Shown here piece by piece: positions 53,352-62,355 of a DNA stretch of 64,000 nt. Origin of the DNA: a virus (lineage: Duplodnaviria; Caudoviricetes); the IMG/VR virus record IMGVR_UViG_3300046786_000293, positions 274,511 through 338,510 of that record; one strand, 5' to 3'. Each line of letters opens with the position of its first letter. The stretch's first letter is position 1. Below the pieces are notes generated by a model. That model saw nothing but the letters and a program-made list of their open reading frames with translations, did not search any database and had not been told where the DNA came from. A program made the position numbers and the translations under genes.

Positions 53352-53638
53352 TAGTATCTACTTCCTGGTTGTCCGGGATCATTACTGCCAGTACACGCTA
53401 GATTATGATCTGTGCTATGCGGACAACGTTTGTTGCCACACTCAGGGCATAAAATCATACGTGTCATTACATAAGGAAAATTGGTTCCTTCGGCTGTCTT
53501 ATCCTTGTTGCAATTGTAGCAATAACATTGATAAGTGTCTTGCTTCTTTTTACCAAAAATACGATCAAAGTTATTGGCAAAGTCGTCGTATTTTACTGCC
53601 ATAGGTCTTGGTGTAGACCCTTTTCCGCCATCACTCAT
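53351..53638 (-). CDS. Cys-rich (Zn-binding) hypothetical protein
   Basis: CYCYNC...CPECGNKRCPH..H..C. Confidence 0.7.
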   Translation of the reverse strand: MSDGGKGSTPRPMAVKYDDFANNFDRIFGKKKQDTYQCYCYNCNKDKTAEGTNFPYVMTRMILCPECGNKRCPHSTDHNLACTGSNDPGQPGSRY

Positions 53639-54290
53639 TGTTTGTCCTTAACCATGAAATATTATCCCAAAGTATTCCATTGGGATTTATTTTTGTTTTT
53701 ACTCTTTCGAACAATTCTATATCTTCACTTAACAATAGTTGATATGATATATGTTTAACTTTAGAATTTAAAATATTAAACATGCGTTGTTCTAATTCTT
53801 TTTTATAGCTAGTGCCAATATGTGGATCGACCATATCTCCATAATGACTTAACACTACTCGATGATGATCTAATAAAGTTAGCAATATACTATGATGATT
53901 AAATCCCGTATCTATAGGAATCCAATCAATTTTGTTTACATATTGTTTTAGACTAGTACAAATTGGTATACTATGATATGTAAGTAATGTAGAACGAGTT
54001 AATGCTTTTTCTAAATATGTGAACAGTATCTGTTCGAAGTCTGTGTTTTCTTCGTTAATATAATCTTCTGCCAATGCTTTTACGTATCGAGTAACTGGAT
54101 CTATTAAAAATCCAAATGTATGATCTCTATTCCAATCTATATCATCCCACTGTATTCTACTCCAGCCGTTACTTTGTAGTAATGTTGTATAATAGGTAGA
54201 AGCGCACTTAAATGTTGCTATATAAACTAGATTTTGATATCTGTATACGTGAACGTTATACTCTTTAAGTGCTTGTTCGATTTGATTCAT
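53631..54290 (-). CDS. sulfotransferase-family-2-like protein
   Basis: TFKCAST and IDPVTRYVKA resemble the PAPS-binding motifs; similar to 18496..19155. Confidence 0.5.
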   Translation of the reverse strand: MNQIEQALKEYNVHVYRYQNLVYIATFKCASTYYTTLLQSNGWSRIQWDDIDWNRDHTFGFLIDPVTRYVKALAEDYINEENTDFEQILFTYLEKALTRSTLLTYHSIPICTSLKQYVNKIDWIPIDTGFNHHSILLTLLDHHRVVLSHYGDMVDPHIGTSYKKELEQRMFNILNSKVKHISYQLLLSEDIELFERVKTKINPNGILWDNISWLRTNNE

Positions 54291-54742
54291 TTTTGTGCTT
54301 CTGCTACCCGTTTACGCAGACTGCTAGAACTAAAACTGTGATCTCTACCATTGTAGACAATCTCGATGTTTCTATGAACACATTCTGATTTACCAGTAAA
54401 GTTTTTGTCTTGGTACTCAACACCTAGAATGCGAACGTCGACGGGGAGGATGAGTAAAAGGTCAATAAGATCCTGTTCGGTTTGATACACAACAACCTCA
54501 TCCACGTAACGGCACGCCGCCAATTGTATTTGTCGCTCCACCACGGATTGAATTGGTTTATTCTTCGTATCAGGGCGATCGATGGTGGGGTCAGTTTGGA
54601 GCCCCGCAATAAGATAATCACAATGATTTTTAGCCTCAGATAGCATAGCAATGTGCCCTGCGTGAAGTAAGTCGAAAGTGCTGAAAGTAATCCCAACTCG
54701 CTTTCCTTCCTTTTTTAGTTCTTTAATTTTATTGAATATCAT
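54287..54742 (-). CDS. cytidylyltransferase (TagD/RfaE-like)
   Basis: FDLLHAGH (HxGH), LIAGLQTD, ER, YVDEV, SSSSLR. Confidence 0.9.
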   Translation of the reverse strand: MIFNKIKELKKEGKRVGITFSTFDLLHAGHIAMLSEAKNHCDYLIAGLQTDPTIDRPDTKNKPIQSVVERQIQLAACRYVDEVVVYQTEQDLIDLLLILPVDVRILGVEYQDKNFTGKSECVHRNIEIVYNGRDHSFSSSSLRKRVAEAQK

Positions 54743-55320
54743 TCTCTTTCCCAAACGCCCATCCAGATATTGTCCTTCCAAAAATCCGGTACTGACATTG
54801 TTTCATGCTTTAGCAATTTATAACCTAGTAGAGACATAATTTTTTTAATTTCTCCGAACGGTAAGAGCAAACTTAAATTAGTTTTTCTTTCTAATTGATT
54901 AAAGTTAGTGTACTTGTAGCCTAACGGATCTTCGTAATACATATATTGATCACTGACTGCACCGTCCAAAATAATTATTTTTGCCCTGGTAGCATTAACA
55001 ATAAGTTCCAATAATTTAATAGGACTGTGCAAGTGATATATTAGTCCCAAGCATACAACCACATCTACAAAATGCTCTCGTTCTAAAAATTGCATGATAT
55101 CGGCATTTATAATATTTCTTAAATTTTTATACTTACCGAGGTGCATTAAATCCTTACAAACATCGGGATCTATGTCTAATAGATCTAAGCTAGTGCATTC
55201 TTTTTTTAAAATAAGTTCACTATGTTCGCCATGCAACGGACCTATTTCTAATACGTGCTTATCCGTGCAATGGAAAAAATATTCCCATGTCAGTAAATGG
55301 AAATATTCATTCTTTGTCAT
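54739..55320 (-). CDS. class I SAM-dependent methyltransferase
   Basis: VLEIGPLHG, LLDID, LGLIYHL. Confidence 0.8.
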   Translation of the reverse strand: MTKNEYFHLLTWEYFFHCTDKHVLEIGPLHGEHSELILKKECTSLDLLDIDPDVCKDLMHLGKYKNLRNIINADIMQFLEREHFVDVVVCLGLIYHLHSPIKLLELIVNATRAKIIILDGAVSDQYMYYEDPLGYKYTNFNQLERKTNLSLLLPFGEIKKIMSLLGYKLLKHETMSVPDFWKDNIWMGVWERE

Positions 55321-55538
55321 AGTACTCGACCTGTAACTACGTAGATAAGTTCGTCCAATTCATAATTAAAATCTTTTCCTAGTCTACGTTTTTGAAAAAT
55401 CTTTTCAACTAGTTCTGTACCCAATGTATCGCTAACTTCTAAGGTTCGGCCTCTACGTTCAAGTTCATCGATTAAATCGTCGGTGTCGAAATCTTCTAAA
55501 TCAACATCAACTTCTACTTCCGTATATACTGTTGGCAT
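55317..55538 (-). CDS. hypothetical acidic protein
   Basis: EVEVDVDLEDFDTDDLIDELERRG. Confidence 0.7.
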   Translation of the reverse strand: MPTVYTEVEVDVDLEDFDTDDLIDELERRGRTLEVSDTLGTELVEKIFQKRRLGKDFNYELDELIYVVTGRVL

Positions 55539-55705
55539 TATACAATCTCCTCAACGATGCCTAGCACTTCTGCTAGGATAAGCAATGCACCTGCGGTGAC
55601 TAACTCTCCGCGAACCAACGCAATGCCTGCGCCAATTCTGAAACCACTTTTTACAAGGCTCACATAAAAATGGCCTTTACTTGTATCTTTAGGTTGAATT
55701 TCCAC
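55538..55705 (-). CDS. 55 aa membrane protein (not in the ORF track)
   Basis: GTG start after AAAGGA; MEIQPKDTSKGHFYVSLVKSGFRIGAG...LGIVEEIV. Confidence 0.6.
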   Translation of the reverse strand: MEIQPKDTSKGHFYVSLVKSGFRIGAGIALVRGELVTAGALLILAEVLGIVEEIV

Positions 55706-55850
55706 GTTTAAATAGTCCTTTAATAAAATTAAATAGATTCAAATATCTAAAATGATAATCAGTTAGCATAGGCTGATGCATAGGACAGCGTCCTTGATTA
55801 TAGTCACAATCTGGGGTGTAATCTTTGTTACAGGTATTACATTTTGTCAT
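55689..55850 (-). CDS. 53 aa Cys-rich protein (not in the ORF track)
   Basis: MTKCNTC..DCDYNQGRCPMH; exactly fills the gap between genes. Confidence 0.55.
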   Translation of the reverse strand: MTKCNTCNKDYTPDCDYNQGRCPMHQPMLTDYHFRYLNLFNFIKGLFKRGNST

Positions 55851-56082
55851 TAAGAGTTTTCCAAGTTTTTTGTTTGGCTATTTCTTCGTGAAACTTTTCT
55901 TCTTCGTGAGAAAAGTCAGGGCACATTTCAAGCATTTCATCTAATGCATATTTTACAAGAAGTAAATCTCTTTTGCAACCCCATGCACTAAAGCCATCGT
56001 TGTATGCACTAGATGCTTGTGCAGTACAGGCGTGAAGTTCGCTAATTATTTTAGCAGTGTCCCATGTTATTCTGAAACTCAT
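55837..56082 (-). CDS. hypothetical protein
   Basis: 81 aa ORF. Confidence 0.6.
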   Translation of the reverse strand: MSFRITWDTAKIISELHACTAQASSAYNDGFSAWGCKRDLLLVKYALDEMLEMCPDFSHEEEKFHEEIAKQKTWKTLNDKM

Positions 56083-56246
56083 TTTTTACGAATAATAATA
56101 GAATCGTCTTCTTGAACTTCCCAAATCAGAGTATCTCCAGTTTTCCAACCTACCTTTTCCAAAAGTTCATCTGGAAACTGTAAAATTAGAGATTCGGGAT
56201 CTTCTGGATCATCTAAGATTTCTGCTATCCAAGAATTAGTCATCAT
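56079..56246 (-). CDS. AbrB/MazE-like (swapped-hairpin) small protein
   Basis: LILQFPDELLEKVGWKTGDTLIWEV..SIIIRK. Confidence 0.65.
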   Translation of the reverse strand: MMTNSWIAEILDDPEDPESLILQFPDELLEKVGWKTGDTLIWEVQEDDSIIIRKK

Positions 56247-56652
56247 ACCCTCTTGATTTACGTTCTGCATGTACTGATGTACTAATTACATCGTCTGCAG
56301 GTTCTTCGTCGGATACCATCATGATAGCATCGGGGTCAACTCGACGCACAGTCATACGTTCGCCGTCGATATCAACTTCAATGCCACGAGTCCATCGACC
56401 GTGTTCTACCATGACCCATTGGCCCGGGACAACATCTGTTTGCTCGGGACCAATAGCATATACTTTACTCCAACGTGGTCGAATTCCATCAGTCTTTCCG
56501 TCGTCTCCTAATAGCAATACTCCGCTAGTTAATTGACGTTGTCCAAAATTCATGTCTTTCACAATGACATGATTCTTAAGAGGAATCAATCGTTTAAAGT
56601 AATTGACCATCCTAAGTTTGTTTGATTCCGCAAAGGGATTTTCCATTGCCAT
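56236..56652 (-). CDS. groES: co-chaperonin GroES (cpn10-like)
   Basis: LIPLKNHVIV, SGVLL, VYAIGP, VVPGQWV. Confidence 0.85.
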   Translation of the reverse strand: MAMENPFAESNKLRMVNYFKRLIPLKNHVIVKDMNFGQRQLTSGVLLLGDDGKTDGIRPRWSKVYAIGPEQTDVVPGQWVMVEHGRWTRGIEVDIDGERMTVRRVDPDAIMMVSDEEPADDVISTSVHAERKSRGYDD

Positions 56653-56658
56653 AAGTTA

Positions 56659-56877
56659 TTACCTCTTTTTGTTTGGATTATATTTTACAACTGGTTCAGT
56701 ATAATGCTCTCGCATTTTTTGATTACGTGGTGTAACAATACTGCCATCGGGTGCAATCTCATCACCGCGAGCATTTACACTCATGTTACCAACAGCCGGC
56801 TGACGTTCATTTATTAATCGTAGTTTATCCATATCGATTAATTGACCCATTGCTGTTTTATATACATTCTTAGACAT
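56659..56877 (-). CDS. hypothetical protein
   Basis: RBS AAGGAG; preceded by TAAATA at 56901-56896. Confidence 0.7.
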   Translation of the reverse strand: MSKNVYKTAMGQLIDMDKLRLINERQPAVGNMSVNARGDEIAPDGSIVTPRNQKMREHYTEPVVKYNPNKKR

Positions 56878-56894
56878 TTGTATTCTCCTTTAAG

Positions 56895-57410
56895 TTATTT
56901 AAGAAACTCAGTGATGTCTAAATCATAATATAGGCTATTAATTTTGTGTACACCTATCAAATAAAGAACATAACTAGCCACACTACTTCCGCGCCCCACA
57001 CCCCATACAATATTATGCTTTCTAAGTGTATCAACTAGATATTTCATAAATTGTAATAATTTAAATAAGTCTCGTTCTTGATATAGAAGTAACTCTTGCC
57101 CTACACGTTGCAGTTCTTCTTCGGTTTTACATTGATTTAAAATCCATTGAGCAATATCTAGTTCATTGTATTCTTTAGGTATGTGCCAATGTTGTTGTTG
57201 ATGCTTATCGAAATCTTCAGTGCCTGCATAGTCTATAGACACATAACGTTCTAGTTTGGTCCACTCTAAATATAAATTGCGAACAGCTTTGTTGTAAGAA
57301 TCTGGGTCCTCTAGTTTAAATTTAGTCAAATCTAAATCAGGATTCACATAGAGTAAATCACATAATTCTTGCTCGTCAGTGTAGGCTTGCCCGTAGGCAT
57401 CGTACTTCAT
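56895..57410 (-). CDS. stand-alone fragment of DNA polymerase III alpha (DnaE palm N-part)
   Basis: GVGRGSSVASYVLYLIGVHKINSLYYDLDITEFL matches the DnaE GRGS block; the ORF stops before the PDxD motif. Confidence 0.7.
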   Translation of the reverse strand: MKYDAYGQAYTDEQELCDLLYVNPDLDLTKFKLEDPDSYNKAVRNLYLEWTKLERYVSIDYAGTEDFDKHQQQHWHIPKEYNELDIAQWILNQCKTEEELQRVGQELLLYQERDLFKLLQFMKYLVDTLRKHNIVWGVGRGSSVASYVLYLIGVHKINSLYYDLDITEFLK

Positions 57411-57643
57411 TTAATTTCGATAATATCTTTAAACTTGTCGTCTTTCTTTAACAAGTCGTCCATTAGTTTTTGTTGACGTCGTTGCAGTTCCCATCCGTAA
57501 TCTTCTGCAATCATTTGTATCTGACTAACTAATGCATAATTACCCATTTTATATGCTGAACTTAACTTTGTGGTAATTTCATTATGTTTTTTTTGTAATT
57601 CCGAATCAGATAAACCGGACAAGTCTGGAGTAAGTGGGTGCAT
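57407..57643 (-). CDS. hypothetical helical protein
   Basis: 78 aa ORF. Confidence 0.65.
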   Translation of the reverse strand: MHPLTPDLSGLSDSELQKKHNEITTKLSSAYKMGNYALVSQIQMIAEDYGWELQRRQQKLMDDLLKKDDKFKDIIEIK

Positions 57644-57795
57644 TATGCTTTTTCCTTTTGAGGATCTACACCTAGGATAAATTCTAGTTTTTCCCTTGCA
57701 AGAAAAACTCTCCCATCATTCAAGTAACTTAAAATTTCTTCAAGAGTCATAAAAGTTACTTCATTCATTTTAAATAATGGGTTTTCGTTATCCAT
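57643..57795 (-). CDS. 50 aa hypothetical protein (not in the ORF track)
   Basis: MDNENPLFK...PQKEKA; overlaps both neighbours by 1 nt. Confidence 0.5.
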   Translation of the reverse strand: MDNENPLFKMNEVTFMTLEEILSYLNDGRVFLAREKLEFILGVDPQKEKA

Positions 57796-58208
57796 TATAG
57801 ATCCCCGTCTTTGCGATTCTCTGAGTAGTGAGCATCAAACTTACCACCAGGATATCGACTTTCTAATTTATTTACATTTTCTGCAATAACATCGTTTGGA
57901 TCTAAGTCCAACGCTCTACATGCATTTACCCAGTACCACATAATGTCGCCTAGTTCTCGTTTCATATGGAATCTGGCTTCCTCATTGAATGGTTTACCTT
58001 GGAAGAAAATCTTCTTGGGAATTTCAGCGAATTCGCCACCCTCTGCGGCCAAACCAATGGCAGCAGTTAGTAGCAAACTTGTATTAAAACTAGGGTCACT
58101 GTTTCTCAATTCTGCAATGCGACGCTGTAGATAATCGAAGTTGTTTGATTCGTTGCTAGTTACAGCATCTACGAATTTGGTATATTTGTTAAGGTCAATC
58201 TGTTTCAT
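57795..58208 (-). CDS. mazG: MazG-like NTP pyrophosphohydrolase
   Basis: GLAAEGGEFAEIPKK...KRELGDIMWY...NVNKLESRYP. Confidence 0.9.
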   Translation of the reverse strand: MKQIDLNKYTKFVDAVTSNESNNFDYLQRRIAELRNSDPSFNTSLLLTAAIGLAAEGGEFAEIPKKIFFQGKPFNEEARFHMKRELGDIMWYWVNACRALDLDPNDVIAENVNKLESRYPGGKFDAHYSENRKDGDL

Positions 58209-58225
58209 AGTATCTCCTGGATACT

Positions 58226-58254
58226 ATTTTATAAGATATTTGTTTTAAAATCAA
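58226..58254 (-). promoter_or_regulatory. sigma70-type promoter upstream of mazG
   Basis: TTGATT, 17 nt spacer, TAAAAT. Confidence 0.55.
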
Positions 58255-59477
58255 CCTATCTTATACCAAACGTTTGAGTAGAATGCCCAAGTTCCGCCTG
58301 CAGATGTGTTTGCAGTTGATAAACCTGCCAATAAGGTTTGACCGCCGGTAACTGTATGAGTTAAGGTGGTAATAGTATTACTGAATCCGATGCGTATTAC
58401 TTGCCCTGTGTAAGGAGTTTGCGGCATAGTTATAGTATAAGACGAAATGACTGCATTGGGATCAATGATACACAAACCGACATTACTCAAAATTTGTGTA
58501 CTGCTACCATTTGCCGCATTGCCTACGTACTGTACACCAACAGCATCTCCGCCGCAGAAGTCTGACAAACCACTAACCGTTAAGTTTCCAACGTTAGCAT
58601 TACCGCTTACGCTCAAGCTAGATAGTGTTCCTACTAGGGTAATGTTGCTTTGAATGGGAGTTAAAATATTGCCATAGATTGCACTATTGGCTGTGACGAT
58701 ATTAGCAGTAACATTTCCGGTATAAGTAGCATTGTTACTACCAGTAGTGATAATGTTACCAATAAAGTTTGTTGCAGTAATATTGCCAACTGTAACTCCG
58801 CCTACATTGTTGACCGTCATTGAAATACCGGTGGTAGTTACATTACTATTACTAGTTCTTAGATATAAATTACCCTGTACAACTTCTCGGTTTCTATACA
58901 AGTCTTGAATATAGATATTAGTTGCACCGTCGCTACTACTAATTTCGAATATATAAGTACCGGGCTGTGCAAATTGAATTATCCCGCCGCCTTTGTACCC
59001 TGCAATAGTAACAATATTTTGATAAGTTGCAGTGCCCGAGAATCCTAATGTATAATTGGTATCGGTAACAGTTATTGCTAATGTTAACGAAGCAAAACCT
59101 GTAGCAGGCCAATTACTAGATGCAGTATTGATGTTTAAAACAGACGATCCAGTTAGTGTTCCTGTTTGAAAACTACCTAAACTAAAGTCTAATACATAAG
59201 AGTTTGAATTTAAATTACCAAGATCATAAGTTAATAATCTAAATCCACTTACACTTGCATTATATATAGATGTGCCTTGCATATCATTAACTGACGATAC
59301 GCCAGTTAACGCACTTTTTAGTAGTGCTTTGTTTTGAAGATCTGTAATTTCTACACTAGCATAGGAAAAATTAGTTGCGATATTGCTGAAGTTATTTCTG
59401 AAACCGGCTGAACTATTGTCCTTACCTGCAACTGGAAAACTGCCATTGATGGTACTTGAATTTATCTGACTTGTCAT
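58251..59477 (-). CDS. tail/baseplate-associated structural protein
   Basis: Asn/Thr/Gly/Ser-rich beta-structure; N-terminal FPVAGKDNSSAGFRNNF; follows the baseplate gene. Confidence 0.6.
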   Translation of the reverse strand: MTSQINSSTINGSFPVAGKDNSSAGFRNNFSNIATNFSYASVEITDLQNKALLKSALTGVSSVNDMQGTSIYNASVSGFRLLTYDLGNLNSNSYVLDFSLGSFQTGTLTGSSVLNINTASSNWPATGFASLTLAITVTDTNYTLGFSGTATYQNIVTIAGYKGGGIIQFAQPGTYIFEISSSDGATNIYIQDLYRNREVVQGNLYLRTSNSNVTTTGISMTVNNVGGVTVGNITATNFIGNIITTGSNNATYTGNVTANIVTANSAIYGNILTPIQSNITLVGTLSSLSVSGNANVGNLTVSGLSDFCGGDAVGVQYVGNAANGSSTQILSNVGLCIIDPNAVISSYTITMPQTPYTGQVIRIGFSNTITTLTHTVTGGQTLLAGLSTANTSAGGTWAFYSNVWYKIG

Positions 59478-62354
59478 TTAGGGTAATACTCCGACTTGGG
59501 GGAACTTAAGATATTTATCCCCCTGTCCAGGTACGGTATAAGGATCTCTATAGGTATGAGTATACGTCGCCGCAGTAACGTTAGCAGTAGATATAGCACT
59601 TAAACTTAACTGGGTATTGCTAGTTATCGAACTTACAGTACCAATGCTATTCCCGGCTACATAAATTACATCACCTACATGTAGTTCATTGATAAACACA
59701 GTGCTAACACCATTAACAATAAGGCTTCCAGTGTTGGCAGTTATAGTTCCAGTGCCTGCTTGGGTAGCTATATTAAATTGGTTACTATAACTAAACCCTT
59801 CATTAAAGATTGCAGCAGAACCGTTTGCAGTAAGGGTCAATTGATTATTTGAATCCACTGTGTCAACTGCACCTATAAATGTATTTCCTACATATATGTG
59901 AGCATTGGGACTTACCTCTGATGTAAAAGAAGAATTAGATCCAAAATAAAATTCGGTAAGATCTATGGTGGCCCCAGTTGAATCTACTGGTAATACTATT
60001 AAGTCTGCATCTATAGCAACATTTGAGCCAGTACCTAGTACTGTTGTTGTATAACCCGATGAGGCAATATTTCCAGTACCTGCCACAGGTGTAGTGATCC
60101 AGTTATCACTCAATACTCCGTCTAATTCGTATCTATCTACAGTAAAATCTATTAGATTAAAATCGGTATTAAGTTGATTTAATCTATATACACATTCTTT
60201 ACCACGACCTGGTTTAACGTAAGCTAATATTAGTGCTCTGGTAAAACCTAATACAGTACCGTTTTCTTGTCTACTAGTCATCCAACCTGGAAGAATGCTT
60301 CGGTTTTCATAACCAATACCGTCGCCCACACGTTGAATCATATTTGGGAAACTATTAGGGTAAATGGTTATTCCTTCAACTGCTGCATCGGCTGTTATAA
60401 TAGTAGAATCGTCAATGATATCAGTACTATCTGAAGTTCTCCACGGCCCGGTGGTCCAGGCGCTATCTTCAAGATACACACTTAATGGAGGGCCGTCGCC
60501 GTCACTGTTTACTTGGCGATCGATTAGTTCTATGTAAACGACATCGTAAATAGAGTTAAAATTGCTATCGACTGCTCGTGCTGTTTTAAAACTACCAAAA
60601 TTTAAAGTTTTCCAATAATGGTTAAATGTCATGGCATCGATGTAGTTTGCCATTTCATCGGTATTCAATCCAGTCATAAACAATACACGTCGTAAAATAT
60701 TTTTTCCGAACCAGGGATCATTCATTCTATAAATGTAGTTGTCTGGAAATATATCTGTGTTATTAATTACAGCATCGTAAATATCTCGTTGTGTTCGGTC
60801 AGGTAATATTTGTAGATAAAGGTTTTCGTAGGGTGCATTATCACGTTTGATTACAGTAACTGTAAATGTTTTTTCGCCATAAGCAAATAAGTTTTCGTCG
60901 TAGGCTGCTATAGTAAAGGTATAAGTCTGTTGGGTTGATGCTAATTCAAAACTTACACGACCAGATATAGTTCCGTCGGACAATAATTCCAATCCTATAG
61001 GTAATGCTCCATAACTACCCGATACTAAATGATATGTCAATGACAAGCCGCTAGGAGTAGTTGCTTCTACCGCCAGAGTACTTATGTCTCCGTTATAAAT
61101 GTTGCCAAGATCGGCACTAGTGGTCCAATTTACAGTGTCGGATATATCGCCTTTAACTGTAACACTAAAATATTTTGGCCCGGTAGTAAATCCCGGGTCT
61201 GCTGTTTCATATACCTCAATAGCAAAATCGTATGTAATAGTTTTTAGTCCTACTGTATATGAATATGTTGAACTAGAGAGATTTGCTGTAGAAACATTAC
61301 TTAAAATTAACTGTGTATTACTAACAATGTTACTCACTGTGCCTACAGCAGAATTAGAAACAAATAATACATCATTTTCCTGCAACTCGCTGACAAATAA
61401 CGTACTAGATCCTGTAACTATATTACTTAATATATTCGCCGTAATAGTTCCTGTACCCACAGCAGTATTTGAAATATAACCAGTTAACCACCCTGTGTTA
61501 GCATTCAATGTCAATCCATCAGGTATACCATCACCATAAGGATAAACACTATATGTTAAGTCCGCACCGTTATAATCTACAGCAACAAATTCATATGCAA
61601 AGTTTGTATTTTGCCTAATACTCCCGATACTGCCTTCTGTGTTGAATAGCACAGGATTGTAACCTGCAGGGTTAACTTGCACTAACAAAGTGTAGGTGTT
61701 TACATCAATGCTTGTTCCATCGGTTACTTGAATACTAAATTGATAGTTTACATCACTGTAAGAACCTGTATAGTCAAACCCTATAATGTCAAACGGTGTA
61801 GCAAATAAATTTAAACTAGGATTTGCCGCGGCATCAAAACCTGGTGCATAAGGACTAGAAAATACATTTGGTGCTTCTAGATACCCATATAATCTTCCAT
61901 CTGGACTTAGAGTGAGACCTACTGGCAGTGTACCGTTTTGCAAAGTATAAACCATGGGGAGACTATTTTCAGGGTCGGGCTCAGCTGGTACTGTATAAAA
62001 TTGTATATCTATATAATCTGTAATATAATAGCTACCTAATGTTCCTGGATCTGGTTTTAATTCAGGTAGTATACTATTAGTTACTGTAAGGCTAAATGTT
62101 CTATCAGTAACAACAATTCCGTTAGTCGCTCGGATAGCAAATGTAAATTCTTCTCCTACTCTAATTGAACTAGGAATTCCGCTCAATAACCCAGATGTTG
62201 ATAGTGTTAATCCCGAAGGTAATGATCCTGCTGTTACTTTATAGGTAACTACTCCACCTTCAGAGTTATACGCATCGAACTGCTTTTCGTAGTATGCTAG
62301 TTCGGGTATAACTCCCAAATCACCTGCAGGGGTTAACCATATAATTTTCGCCAT
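59478..62354 (-). CDS. baseplate wedge-like structural protein with putative Ig (He_PIG) repeats
   Basis: Repeated GSLPSGLTLSTSGLLSG / GTLPVGLTLSPDGRLYG / LPIGLELLSDGTISG Ig-like units. Confidence 0.7.
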   Translation of the reverse strand: MAKIIWLTPAGDLGVIPELAYYEKQFDAYNSEGGVVTYKVTAGSLPSGLTLSTSGLLSGIPSSIRVGEEFTFAIRATNGIVVTDRTFSLTVTNSILPELKPDPGTLGSYYITDYIDIQFYTVPAEPDPENSLPMVYTLQNGTLPVGLTLSPDGRLYGYLEAPNVFSSPYAPGFDAAANPSLNLFATPFDIIGFDYTGSYSDVNYQFSIQVTDGTSIDVNTYTLLVQVNPAGYNPVLFNTEGSIGSIRQNTNFAYEFVAVDYNGADLTYSVYPYGDGIPDGLTLNANTGWLTGYISNTAVGTGTITANILSNIVTGSSTLFVSELQENDVLFVSNSAVGTVSNIVSNTQLILSNVSTANLSSSTYSYTVGLKTITYDFAIEVYETADPGFTTGPKYFSVTVKGDISDTVNWTTSADLGNIYNGDISTLAVEATTPSGLSLTYHLVSGSYGALPIGLELLSDGTISGRVSFELASTQQTYTFTIAAYDENLFAYGEKTFTVTVIKRDNAPYENLYLQILPDRTQRDIYDAVINNTDIFPDNYIYRMNDPWFGKNILRRVLFMTGLNTDEMANYIDAMTFNHYWKTLNFGSFKTARAVDSNFNSIYDVVYIELIDRQVNSDGDGPPLSVYLEDSAWTTGPWRTSDSTDIIDDSTIITADAAVEGITIYPNSFPNMIQRVGDGIGYENRSILPGWMTSRQENGTVLGFTRALILAYVKPGRGKECVYRLNQLNTDFNLIDFTVDRYELDGVLSDNWITTPVAGTGNIASSGYTTTVLGTGSNVAIDADLIVLPVDSTGATIDLTEFYFGSNSSFTSEVSPNAHIYVGNTFIGAVDTVDSNNQLTLTANGSAAIFNEGFSYSNQFNIATQAGTGTITANTGSLIVNGVSTVFINELHVGDVIYVAGNSIGTVSSITSNTQLSLSAISTANVTAATYTHTYRDPYTVPGQGDKYLKFPQVGVLP

Positions 62355-62355
62355 A

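Noticed and set aside
56895-57410. Split-intein DnaE as in cyanobacteria
   Set aside because: There is no intein N-terminal (Cys-initiated) segment at the end of the ORF, and the break falls much earlier than in split dnaE.
183-61479. Numerous 60-190 aa plus-strand ORFs (e.g. 28683..29252, 34664..35200, 21463..21837, 61099..61479)
   Set aside because: They lie antisense to well-supported minus-strand genes and show no recognisable motifs.
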